NCBI GenBank assembly: GCA_963726195.1
Contig: CAVSBO010000007.1
Span: 1-64,000, forward strand
DNA: 64,000 nucleotides
From: Candidatus Thorarchaeota archaeon
GTDB lineage: Archaea > Asgardarchaeota > Thorarchaeia > Thorarchaeales > Thorarchaeaceae
Direction of reading: 5' to 3'
This document shows positions 42,730 to 52,561 of this stretch, piece by piece. The position numbers and the translations under genes were made by a program. The notes beneath the pieces were generated by a model that was given only the letters and a program-made list of their open reading frames with translations, was not told the DNA's origin and made no database searches. The first letter of the stretch is position 1; each line of letters opens with the position of its first letter.

Positions 42730-43605
42730 CAGGCGAGGAATTCGGCGAATTATGACTAGACACCGGCTCCGCTCGCCCGATATGTTGTCTTCCTGCTATA
42801 TGAGCTCCTCCATTCTTGGGCTCGTGATTGGCAGTTATTGGTTCTCTAGTTAGGAGATATCGTTGAAGACTGTCTGTCGGTTGATTGAGGGTTGGGGGCT
42901 GAAAGCATTTTCGGTGAAAACCGAATGAACGCAAAAACAGGCGGACTACCAATCGTTCCTCCGGGCGGTCCTTGGTAAGACCCTCTGAGAGGAGCCAATG
43001 CCCTCCTGTGGACAACTACGGTTCACAGGACCGCAACTAGTTTAGAGCCCGGTGCCAGTTCCAGAATTGGGACTGGCACCCGCAACATCTTCTTATGATT
43101 GGGCTTTCGCCCTGCCGATTCCTGAGCAACCATCCTCAAAGTCTCACCCAAACACCGGATGAACCGGGTTCGTTGTAGGCACCGGCAAGATAGGAAAATC
43201 TGACCATTGACAGACCGTTTAATGCAGCCTTTGTGAGAGTCGGCTATCTGTCGACAACTTCGTGATAAACGCGACAAAGAAGATCCCACAATCGGTTGAC
43301 GGCGAGGGGAAGTTCCTTTTGCTTTCGAAGACTAGGTAAATTCATAAGCTTCGTTTGCCAAGGATGCTTGGTTGATTCGGGTTTCCGGCCTGAATCAATT
43401 CCGTAAGAGTGGTTATGTCGAGGAGCGCGGTTCCCGTCTGGAACTCGCTTAAAAAACGGTCCCTAATCTCCGAGTTTCCAATTGGTCCCCCTTGCCATTG
43501 CAAGTACTTGCGCATTACCGGTTTTTGCCGCGCGCCCCGACAATCGAGCTCACGGAAGCGGGAGCTGCACGATGTGGGCTTAGGCCTAGCGGCTTCCGCC
43601 CACCT
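42730..43605 (+). ncRNA. putative large structured ncRNA, unclassified
   Basis: No credible ORF; more than 10 helices whose G-U pairs favour the + strand; a GAAA tetraloop; long-range pairings. Confidence 0.55.
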
Positions 43606-43615
43606 TTGTCTCGGC

Positions 43616-44524
43616 TCATCTCATCGCATTTTGGTACCAGATTCGTCTGTATCTTTCCTTGTAGCCAGCCGCACAGTACATCTTCATGGCAGGAACGTTT
43701 CGGCTGTCCGTGATCAACTCTGATTGCATCACGCCCATAGAAGCCGCGCGAATCAACACCTCGCTGAGAATTGAAGCCCAAAAACCGTGATGTCGGGAAC
43801 GAGCTGTCACAACAATCCCATCCATGACCAAACGTCTCATTTGGACAGGACTGCCCGTCGGTCCGAGCAGCGTTCCAACGCAATATGCTGCAGTACGTCC
43901 CTTGTGCAAACCAAAGACGGCCAAGTCTTGGCAGAACGTGTCAAGTTGAATCATTCTAAGGTAGTCGTCAGGGGTGACCTCTTTGTAGTTGAATAGACCC
44001 TTGAACAGACTGTTCTGGAGAGATGCCCATGTGCCCGCGTCTTCCTCTCCTATGGATCGGTAGGTCAGTTCACTCGGACGAGCTTGAACTTGACCGATGT
44101 CAAAATGAACAAGCTTGACCCACTCCAGCATGGGCTCGAAGCCCCGTTTCTCCAAGAAAGACATTGTATCAGGTCTGAAGCTTGGCACATTGCAGATGAC
44201 CTTCTTTGCTCCCAACTCTTCGGCTCTTGCAACAAGATTGGCGGGCAGCTGCGCCCCGATGCCCGCCTTCCTGAATTTTGGATGAACGTACATGGTCAGA
44301 AGAACGATGGATTCAGTTCTCTCTGTACCCTTGACAGTCACTCCGAATGCCGCGACCTGTCCTTTGTTGCGTACTAGGACTATATCACGTGCGATATCGA
44401 TACCGGGGACCGAATAGATTTGCCTGAAGTAATCTCAATCTAGGTCCATGTGGTCGGGATTGTCAAGGCCATTGGCTGCATTATAGATTGCCGCAATCCT
44501 TTCAAAAATGGATGAATCAACCAT
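43616..44524 (-). CDS. tandem GNAT acetyltransferase (5' frameshift; start approximate)
   Basis: VHPKFRKAGIG..FLEKRGF; second domain N.PA.KMY...GY. Confidence 0.8.
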
Positions 44525-44728
44525 GTGTGGCACTGACGATTCTTCCTACATATTCTCATGGTATCCTCGCAAGACGTTGGGCCTTCCATGGATTAAAGTA
44601 CCACAGTATGCACAGCATAAGAGATTCAATGGCATAAATCGCGAGAAGCTTTAATTTGCATCAAGCCCCTGAATGACTTGCTAGGATTGACCCGCGGGGT
44701 TTAGTTCAGACTCTTGTTGGTGCCCTGT

Positions 44729-46473
44729 ATGATTCACAACACTTTCTTGGTATACGCTGGAACGGTTCTCGCCTCGTCACAGTACTGGCCGACCACCGTC
44801 ACCCCTGACGAGATTGACGAGTTCATTACAACGAGAGCAGACCTTCTAGCGGAACACGGCGGCTCCATGGACCTCCCGCTCATAATCGGGGACAAGAAGT
44901 TTCTCGCGCGAACTGTGGAGTCTGACATGCTTCTCATCTTTGTCACCGACAAGGGTGAGGATGAGCGTGTTGTTGCCGAGAGACTCGACACAGCGGCAAA
45001 GGAGCTGGCAAAGAAGATCAGAGCGAGCGGGATTCGTGGTATTGCAAAACAATATGCCACACTCATTGAGCCCATGATCACTACTAGGCTCAAGATTGCC
45101 CTTGTGGGAGAGGGTGGTGTTGGAAAAACAACAACTCTGCAACTACTCTTGGGCAACAGTCCTCCATTGTCCTATGTGCCCACGATTGCATTGAACCTTG
45201 AAACGGTCGAGAACATCCGCTTCGGCAGCTACTCTCTTGTCCTATGGGACTTTGCAGGTCAGGAGCGTTTCAGAACTCTGTGGAAGTTCTATTTCCATGG
45301 GGCGGATGTCATATTCTTGGTATGCGATTCGACCCTACGTAATGTGATTGTTAGCAAAGACATACTGAAGCTGATAAGACGCGACGCGCCCAAGGTCCCG
45401 GTGTTTGCGTTGGCAAACAAACAGGACAAGCCCAATGCGATGAAGCCCGAGGTTATCCAGAAGATTCTCGGCATTCCCACCTATCCTATGGTGGCCATCG
45501 ACAGGGACCGCAGAGATGAGATGCTCAAGATACTGCTGACAGCCGCTGCTCAGTTCGTCGGTGTGACTTTGCCCGATGTACCCACTTCCGAGCTGTTTCG
45601 ATTCAGTGACCAAGCCGCAAAGAGCACGATGAAGGGTAAGGCAGCCGCTCGCGAACCGCCACAGCCAGAAGAAGCAGAAGAGGAAGTTATCGAAGAAGTG
45701 CTGGTTGACGAGCAGGGCAATGTGGTTGAGGGCTCAGAGGAATACGAAGTCGTGGAGGAAGTCGTCGAGGTCGTCGACGAAGAGACGGAAAATGAGGCCG
45801 AAGCGGCCCGACAGCCGCAGAGGAAGCACCTCTGGAACAGGAGCAGGGAGAAGCACCCCTGCAAGAAGAGCCGGAGGAGACGGCCGAACAGGAGCAGGAG
45901 GAAGCACCCCTCCAAGAAGAGCAAGAGGAGCCGGCTGAGACCGAACCGGAGATTGAGACAGAGAGCGAGTCTGGTTTCGGAGTCACAGAAGGCGAGGTGG
46001 AATCATCGGCAGAAGAGGAGCAACCGGTGGATAGCGCCTATCCCGAAGAAGAACCCGAAGAACAATTCTCGAGCTCAGAGGTTGCTAGTGATTCTTCCGA
46101 TGTTGCCAAACAGCTGATTGCAGATGCCTTGGACGCAGACGACATAGTCGCCGCAGAGATAGACCGGGTCCCTAGTGAGCATCTAGGCGCAGCTCTGGAC
46201 GCTATACGATGCGATGAGACACTGTCAACAGAACCTGAGAACGATAACGTCCATGCGGTGGGCAACAAAGCCCGACGAGACTTGGACAAGGTCCTAGGTC
46301 CTTCATCCGGCAAGGAAAGCGGCGCCTCTGATCGTCGTAAGATATCTGAGAGCCCGATGGCAGTGGATCAAGATACAATCCGTGAGCTAGACAAGATTAT
46401 CGATAACTCAAACACAGAAGAAAAGCCAAAGTCTACTCGCACAAGGCTGTTGTATGACGACGAGGACGAGTAG
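44729..46473 (+). CDS. longin-like domain + Arf/Rab-type GTPase + acidic tail (frameshift ~45810)
   Basis: MIHNTFLVY longin-like start; GEGGVGKT, PTI, WDFAGQERF, NKQD; Glu-rich tail. Confidence 0.8.
45835..45936 (+). repeat. two imperfect 51-bp tandem repeats within the acidic tail
   Basis: GAACAGGAGCAG..GAAGCACCCCT.CAAGAAGAG at 45835 and 45886. Confidence 0.8.
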
Positions 46474-46632
46474 CCATTCTGTCAATTGGCTCAGTATAAT
46501 ATCATGTGTTCTTGCTTACCTGAGTCGCGTTGTCATTGATGAACCCGTGAACTGCTGGCAGATGGCGTGGTTGAATCCTGCTTTCTCCATGCTCCAGCAT
46601 CCCACGCTGCACGACACGGAAGACTAAATTGC

Positions 46633-47007
46633 ATGTCAGAGTATAGTCAAGTACGGGGTTCTATATTGAAGCTGAAGGACTTGGAAGCCGGCAAGAACAT
46701 CTCTGAGCTTCTAGTTAGGGTTGTGTCCGTTGCACCAGGCCGGATAATCTCAACACGAACTGGTCGCAAGACCCAGCTCACAGAGATCTTGGTGGCAGAC
46801 GAAACCGCCACGGCGATTTTCTCCTTGTGGGGCTTCGGCGAGGGTGCATCTGTTTCCGCAGGGAAGGTGATAAGAATCACGAACGGATGGGCAAAAGAAT
46901 GGCAGGGAAAGATACAGTTGTCGCTGGGACGTTCCGGTAGTTTCGAAGAGGTACCGGATGACGGAACGCTTCCATCTATAAGCGAGCTCAAGGCCGATAA
47001 GAAATAG
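46633..47007 (+). CDS. single OB-fold ssDNA-binding protein
   Basis: VADETA....LWG, I.I.NG.....G..QL..GR.G. Confidence 0.85.
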   Translation: MSEYSQVRGSILKLKDLEAGKNISELLVRVVSVAPGRIISTRTGRKTQLTEILVADETATAIFSLWGFGEGASVSAGKVIRITNGWAKEWQGKIQLSLGRSGSFEEVPDDGTLPSISELKADKK

Positions 47008-47030
47008 AACGTGGTCTGAAAGAGTACAGT

Positions 47031-47531
47031 GTGATGCATATGGTTGAGGCATACCTCTCGGGACCTATCGTGGACGCTAGCCTTAGGAAAGATGAATTCT
47101 ACCGTGTCGTTGTCGAGATACTGGAGGAGCTCGGCATCACAGTCTTTGCGCCGCAATTCAGTCCGAGACTCAATCCCATCGAGACTTTCAAACGTGACAC
47201 AAATGCGCTAAGAATGTGCGATTTTGTTGTCGCAGAGATCTCAAGCCCCTCTCTTGGCGTTGGTATGGAGATCATGCTCGCGATTGATTTGGTAAAACCA
47301 GTTCTCATGTTCTGCAGTAAGGGTTCTAAGGACGTTTCCTATATGGCGTTAGGAGCTGAGGGGAAAGCGCTCTTTGAGTATGAGTCGGCAGGCGATGTGC
47401 GAACCATCCTGCTGGAACGCAATCTTGATAGCTTGATGGTCCAGCAATGTCCGTCGTGTTCCTCGCAAGTTGTCGAGATCACTGATGAAGGACTTCGGTG
47501 CGTGGTGTGCTTGCGTAAGTTCGCGGTGTAG
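47031..47531 (+). CDS. nucleoside 2-deoxyribosyltransferase-like protein + Zn ribbon
   Basis: YLSGP, D....CDFVVAE...PSLGVGME; CPSC/CVVC. Confidence 0.8.
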   Translation: MMHMVEAYLSGPIVDASLRKDEFYRVVVEILEELGITVFAPQFSPRLNPIETFKRDTNALRMCDFVVAEISSPSLGVGMEIMLAIDLVKPVLMFCSKGSKDVSYMALGAEGKALFEYESAGDVRTILLERNLDSLMVQQCPSCSSQVVEITDEGLRCVVCLRKFAV

Positions 47532-47534
47532 AGA

Positions 47535-48482
47535 ATGACGGAGCCTGGGGCAGTTCATGCCCGGTATCGTCTTCGGGTCGTTTTGCTGCTTATCCTATCC
47601 ATCTCGATGGTATCCACCGCGAGTATTCTGATACGCCTCAGCACATCGCCGCCACTTGTTAAGGTATTCTGGAGAACCTTGTTTGCTTCGATGATTATGA
47701 CATCGGTGGGTGGTCTCCGCGGGAATCTTCATGCGGTTAAGGAGCCGACTCTTAGGAGCAGATGGAGCTGGCTAGTGTTCATAGGCATGATGCTCTCGCT
47801 GCATTTCTCATCTTGGTTTGTATCACTTTCCATGACGAGCGTCGCAGCGAGCGTCGTATTGACAGACTCATCGCCAATTTTCACAGCTGTTCTTTCAGTT
47901 CTCATATTACGCGAGCCACCTCGGCGAAGAGCATGGGCAGGAGTCCTTATCGCCTTCACAGGGGCGTGTGTTCTTGCAATAGGTGACGTTGAATCCGGCG
48001 GGACTGAGGCGCTCTCGGGGGACCTCCTTGCTCTTCTCAGTGCTTTCTTCGTGTCAGTGTACTTCATAGGCGGCAGAAGGTACGCTAGGGGAATTCCGAA
48101 TTCAGTTTACACCGCTGTCGTCTACTTGTCCGCTGCTGGAACGACGCTGGTACTGTGCGTGATATCTGGATCTGACATAGTAGTCCTAGTCCCGTCCGAA
48201 GTGGCGTTGTTCATTGCACTTGCAGTGTTCCCGACTGCTTTGGGCCACTCAGTGAACAACTATCTTCTAACCTTGGTTCCGGCTTACGTCGTGTCGTCTG
48301 CAATGCTCGGGGAGCCCATAGGTGCGACACTCTTGGCAGCACTAATCCTGCGAGAGACCCCGTCTGCAGTCACTCTTGGGGGATTCGTGGTCATCCTTCT
48401 GGGAGTTGCACTTGTGTTGATGGGGCTTCCTAGGGATGAAACGACGATTCACTCAGCCCTTGATGACTCCGATGGGCCGTAG
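47535..48482 (+). CDS. EamA/DMT transporter
   Basis: 10 TM in two repeats; HF..W..SL..TSVA, GEPIGA. Confidence 0.88.
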   Translation: MTEPGAVHARYRLRVVLLLILSISMVSTASILIRLSTSPPLVKVFWRTLFASMIMTSVGGLRGNLHAVKEPTLRSRWSWLVFIGMMLSLHFSSWFVSLSMTSVAASVVLTDSSPIFTAVLSVLILREPPRRRAWAGVLIAFTGACVLAIGDVESGGTEALSGDLLALLSAFFVSVYFIGGRRYARGIPNSVYTAVVYLSAAGTTLVLCVISGSDIVVLVPSEVALFIALAVFPTALGHSVNNYLLTLVPAYVVSSAMLGEPIGATLLAALILRETPSAVTLGGFVVILLGVALVLMGLPRDETTIHSALDDSDGP

Positions 48483-49904
48483 TCTGACGGCCTTTGTGGC
48501 AATTCCAATCTCATGTGAGACTCTGACGACCTCGTCAACGTCTTTGTAGGCTCCGGGGGCTTCTTCAGCTATACCTATCGCCTGCGGCGACTTCACGATG
48601 ATGCCGCGACCCGCAAGCTCTCGCTGTACCTCGCCGCCCCTGAACTCCTTTGTTGCTCTCTCCCGACTCATGAATCGTCCAGCTCCGTGGGCGGTTGACC
48701 CGAAGGATAGCTCCATGCTTTTCGGATTTCCAAGAAGAATGTAGGAAGCAGTACCCATGGTACCTGGGATTAGAACGGGCTGACCAATGTTCTTGTACTT
48801 TGCAGGAGTCTCCGGATGACCGGGCGGAAAGGCACGAGTTGCTCCCTTTCGATGAACCAATACCTTCTTCCTCTTGCCATCTATGGTGTGTTCTTCCACC
48901 TTGGCCACGTTGTGACAGACATCGTATATCATGTGCATGTCTAGATCTTCACTGGATCTTTGCAGTAGCTTGGCGAAAACCTCCCTTGTCCAGTGCATCA
49001 TGCACTGCCTGTTCGCCCAGGCGAAGTTAGCTGCGGCACTCATTGCACCTAGATATGCTTGCCCCTCGGGTGACGTTGTAGGTGCACTGCAGAGTTCTCT
49101 ATCAGGCACTTGAATGTTGTATTTCCTCATGGCTTGGGTCATCGTCTTGATATAGTCGTCACAGACTTGGTGACCGAGCCCGCGAGAGCCACTGTGTATC
49201 ATCACAGTGACCTGTCCCTTTCTTGTAATTCCCATTGCCTTTGCAGCACTTGGGTCATAGATTTCGTCAACGAGCTGGATTTCAAGAAAGTGATTGCCAG
49301 ATCCCAGCGTTCCGACTTGATTCCTTCCTCTGGCCTTGGCTTCTCCCGAGACTTTCGTTGCATCGGCAAACGGTAGTTGTCCCCCAGCCTCGGTGTATTC
49401 CGAATCTTCTTCCCAGCCAAAACCATGTTCGACTGCCCACTTAGTCCCCCCGTTGAGCACCTTGTCGACCCCTCCTAGGGCCTGCAAGTCAATCTTGCCA
49501 GTTCGGCCGACGCCCGTGGGAACATCTATGAACAGGCGGTCGATTAGGTCCTTCAGTTTAGGTCGAACATCGGCCTCATCAAGATTCGTCCTAATGACAC
49601 GGACTCCACAGTTGATATCATAGCCGACTCCGCCAGGTGATATGACACCCTGCTCGTAGTCAGTTGCTGCAACTCCGCCGATTGGGAATCCATACCCTTG
49701 GTGCCCATCTGGCAATACGATGCTGTGAGTGTAAATGCCCGGAAGACACGCAACGTTGACGCCCTGTTCGAAAGTTGCGTCCTGCTGCATTTTCTTTACG
49801 AGCGATGCTGAGGCATACACCCTAACGGGCACTTTCATGCAATCCTTCGTGCCCTTCGGAATCTCGTACACATTCTCAGCAATCTTCTTTATTTCCAAGG
49901 TCAC
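48453..49904 (-). CDS. rtcB: RNA-splicing ligase RtcB
   Basis: PDGHQGYGFPIG, GYDINCG, GSGNHFLE, HSGSRG, HRKGAT, HGAGR. Confidence 0.96.
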   Translation of the reverse strand: MTLEIKKIAENVYEIPKGTKDCMKVPVRVYASASLVKKMQQDATFEQGVNVACLPGIYTHSIVLPDGHQGYGFPIGGVAATDYEQGVISPGGVGYDINCGVRVIRTNLDEADVRPKLKDLIDRLFIDVPTGVGRTGKIDLQALGGVDKVLNGGTKWAVEHGFGWEEDSEYTEAGGQLPFADATKVSGEAKARGRNQVGTLGSGNHFLEIQLVDEIYDPSAAKAMGITRKGQVTVMIHSGSRGLGHQVCDDYIKTMTQAMRKYNIQVPDRELCSAPTTSPEGQAYLGAMSAAANFAWANRQCMMHWTREVFAKLLQRSSEDLDMHMIYDVCHNVAKVEEHTIDGKRKKVLVHRKGATRAFPPGHPETPAKYKNIGQPVLIPGTMGTASYILLGNPKSMELSFGSTAHGAGRFMSRERATKEFRGGEVQRELAGRGIIVKSPQAIGIAEEAPGAYKDVDEVVRVSHEIGIATKAVRLRPIGVIKG

Positions 49905-50048
49905 TCATTCCGTCCTTCTGGCACTCTCTTTCTCGGATGTGCTATAAGTATTGTGAACGCGTCTCGTCCCGCGCCTTTATTACTTAGGTGCTCTCATCGT
50001 TGCTTGGGGCTGTTGGCCCACGCACGAACAGGAGGTCGATGTAACTAA

Positions 50049-51083
50049 GTGGCGAAGGTACGTCTGACTGCAATGGTTACTCAGCACGGATGATCATGCA
50101 AGGTCCGTCAAGAGGATTTGACACGACTTCTGCAGGCCGCGGGTCTGCTTCCACCTGGTGCCTCTCATGCGGGGGACATCGGTCGCGATGCAGTAGTTCG
50201 CATCCTGAACGATGACATAGCTGTCGTCGAGAACGTGGACGTTTTCACACCAATCCACGACGATCCTCATGCTCAAGGAGAGATCGTTGCCTGCAATGCG
50301 ACTAATGATGTCTACGCAATGGGCGCGGTCGATGTGATTTCTCTTCAGGCCTTTCTCGGGTATCCGGCAGAGCTTCCCGAAGAGATGGCTGCCGAAGTAC
50401 TGAGGGGAATGAACGACTTCATGACTGCAATAGGCTCACAGGTCACAGGTGGCCAGACGATAAGGAATCCTTGGCCTGTCTTCGGAGGGATATGCCTCGG
50501 TGTCGCTCACCCGCGCGATATCGTGTACCCAAATGGTGCGAAGGTCGGCGATGCTGTTGTCTTGACAAAGCCTCTTGGAATACAGCCTGCAATGAGATCC
50601 TACAGGGAGCTGAATGACGAAAGGCGTGACCGCCTACTTGAGCGATTCAAAGAATCCGCCTTGCTGGCGGCTCAAGAAATTGCTGTCCGGGTGATGACAA
50701 AGAGCAACCTCGAAGTTGCCAAGGCGATGAGGGTTGTGAGAGTGAACGCAGCGACCGACGTCACAGGCTTCGGCTTGATAGGTCATGCAAGCAACATCGC
50801 ATCGATGAGCGGTGTTGATGTTGTGTTCGACAAGATTCCTGTAATTCGAGGAACCCTTGAACTGGCTGAGTTCTTCGGTCACAAACTCTCAACAGGCCTT
50901 AGCGCGGAGACGGCTGGCGGAATGCTGTGTTTCATGCATCCGAGCAAAGTCGAACGGTTCAAGGCTATTCTGAGTCAGTCCGGTCTTCCGTGTTGGGCAG
51001 TTGGCAAGACAGAGAAGCCAAAGGTATCTCCAACCGCGAGGCTTGCGGAAGGGGTACAGTTTATTGAGACCGAGTTCCCGTGA
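50049..51083 (+). CDS. selD: selenophosphate synthetase, selenoprotein (Sec at TGA 50091-50093)
   Basis: From GTG 50049: MAKVRLTAMVTQHG-U-SCKV, in frame with the ORF at 50118; DVFTP, NDVYAMG, TDVTGFG, ETAGG. Confidence 0.92.
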
Positions 51084-51120
51084 AGCCGCCAAAAACCGTG
51101 AGGGAAAAGCGGCTGAGGAC
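51074..51120 (+). promoter_or_regulatory. SECIS-like element (eukaryote/Asgard type)
   Basis: GUGAA/UGAG tandem G.A core, GCCGC/GCGGC stem, A-rich internal loop, CC-GUGA-GG apical hairpin. Confidence 0.7.
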
Positions 51121-51210
51121 TGCCGTCGTGAGCGGCCGGTTTCATTTGATTGAATGCACTTGTGAGATTGCAGTGAAACGCACACGCTATGCGGGGACAG
51201 GAGATGCTGT

Positions 51211-51381
51211 TCAGCTGAATCTAGGAGATGTTCTCAGTTTGTACAGCAAGTCGTCGATTCCCTCAAGCGGCTTCGTATCTATCTCAGGATCTATGAACTT
51301 CCTAAGTTCCTTCAGTTCACTCTCGTCTTGTTCATGAAAGAGCCAAAAGACCTCAGGGGATGTTACTTCAGACTCGGTCAT
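51211..51381 (-). CDS. small acidic hypothetical protein (56 aa, absent from the ORF track)
   Basis: AAGGAG RBS; MTESEVTSPEVFWLFHEQDESELKELRKFIDPEIDTKPLEGIDDLLYKLRTSPRFS. Confidence 0.55.
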   Translation of the reverse strand: MTESEVTSPEVFWLFHEQDESELKELRKFIDPEIDTKPLEGIDDLLYKLRTSPRFS

Positions 51382-51796
51382 TTCGATTCACTCTCCTTTC
51401 CAGTTCTGAAGAAGGGCACACAATCTGTCAATATAACCATTTTCGCGGAAAACACGGTGTTTGTCGACATGAATAGGAGCATCCAGCTTGGTATTTGTCG
51501 ACAATTCTGGCAACAACCCGCTGCTCCAATTTCCCTACCCGGCTCATAGATTGCAGAGGTTATCGTTCGTAGTCTTTGCTTGCCCTTATGCTGTGCCCCG
51601 GTATTCGCTCTGTGACATGAAGGCCAGCGGCCATTCGAGTTCTGCTCACGGTTTGCCCTTGGCTTGAAATCGCGCAACTCTGTGCCTCTGACTACTAAGG
51701 CGACACGGATGTAGTGGAGACATGACAAACCCTTTATGACTGAGCAGAACACTGAAGCAATACATTGGAAAGGCAAACGTTAGCCTCGCGGCTCAG

Positions 51797-52507
51797 GTGC
51801 ACAGAATGAAGATAGTTGTTACGGGCCCCCTCGCGTCTGGCAAGAGTCAGATCATCAATAAGATTACTGATGGAGCATGTATAAACATAGAGCGAAGAGG
51901 GACCACTATTGCTATGGACCATGGTGTGGCGCACGTTGATGGCATGACGGTCTTCATGTTCGGAACGCCAGGGCTTCTTAGGTTCAGAACAATGAGGAAG
52001 ATACTGAGTTCCGGAGCTGATGGCATCATATTTGTTGTGGATTCAGTTGATCCGGAATCCGATGCTAGAGCGAAGCTGTTCTTCAGGGAAGTTGCATTCT
52101 TTCTCCCAGGAGTCCCATGCGTTGTGGCTGCCAACAAGCAGGACATGGAAAACGCAAGGCCCGTTGACAGGTTGAGGAGCAGCATGAGCTTTCTGGCGGG
52201 ATTGCCGGTCTTTCCGTGCTCTGCTATAACTGGCGAAAATGTGGACATGATCTTGCGCACACTACTCTACCTGATAATGATGCAGTGGAGTTCTCTGTTC
52301 AGGAAGTTCGCAGAGTACAGCGGTGAACGAAACGGTCTAAGTCGGCTCATGGCTGATCTAAAGCTGGAACGTCAGCAGGCCGTGGGCTACTTGAGACGAT
52401 TCGAGCTTCGGAAACTCGTTGAGGTCCGGATAGGTGACGAGCAGTTCACTGTCAACGATTCAATCAGGCATCTACTCGAGAATCCTGTTCTAATCATGCG
52501 CCGTTAA
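51797..52507 (+). CDS. MglA/CvnD-like small GTPase with C-terminal wHTH
   Basis: GPLASGKS, TTIAMDHG, FGTPG, NKQD, CSA. Confidence 0.85.
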   Translation: MHRMKIVVTGPLASGKSQIINKITDGACINIERRGTTIAMDHGVAHVDGMTVFMFGTPGLLRFRTMRKILSSGADGIIFVVDSVDPESDARAKLFFREVAFFLPGVPCVVAANKQDMENARPVDRLRSSMSFLAGLPVFPCSAITGENVDMILRTLLYLIMMQWSSLFRKFAEYSGERNGLSRLMADLKLERQQAVGYLRRFELRKLVEVRIGDEQFTVNDSIRHLLENPVLIMRR

Positions 52508-52561
52508 ACCTGCAGAAAGAATCAAAAGCGACAAACAACGGCTCATTTGTGAGCCATAGAG

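Noticed and set aside
42680-43620. RNase P RNA, SRP RNA or 5S rRNA as the identity of the structured region
   Set aside because: Only isolated look-alike words (GAGGGGAAGTTCC, CGGAAGCGGGAGC); conserved elements are not in the required order or spacing
42680-43883. Short ORFs 42680..43015, 43023..43289, 43409..43723 and 43515..43883
   Set aside because: No motifs, atypical composition, mutually overlapping or overlapping the GNAT gene
45835-45936. Tandem repeats as a CRISPR array
   Set aside because: In-frame coding repeats, no spacers, no cas genes
49905-50048. tRNA-Sec near selD
   Set aside because: Only a short leader hairpin; no cloverleaf or UCA anticodon arm
51378-51776. 132-aa minus-strand ORF
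   Set aside because: No motif; it overlaps the likely promoters of the small ORF and the GTPase gene
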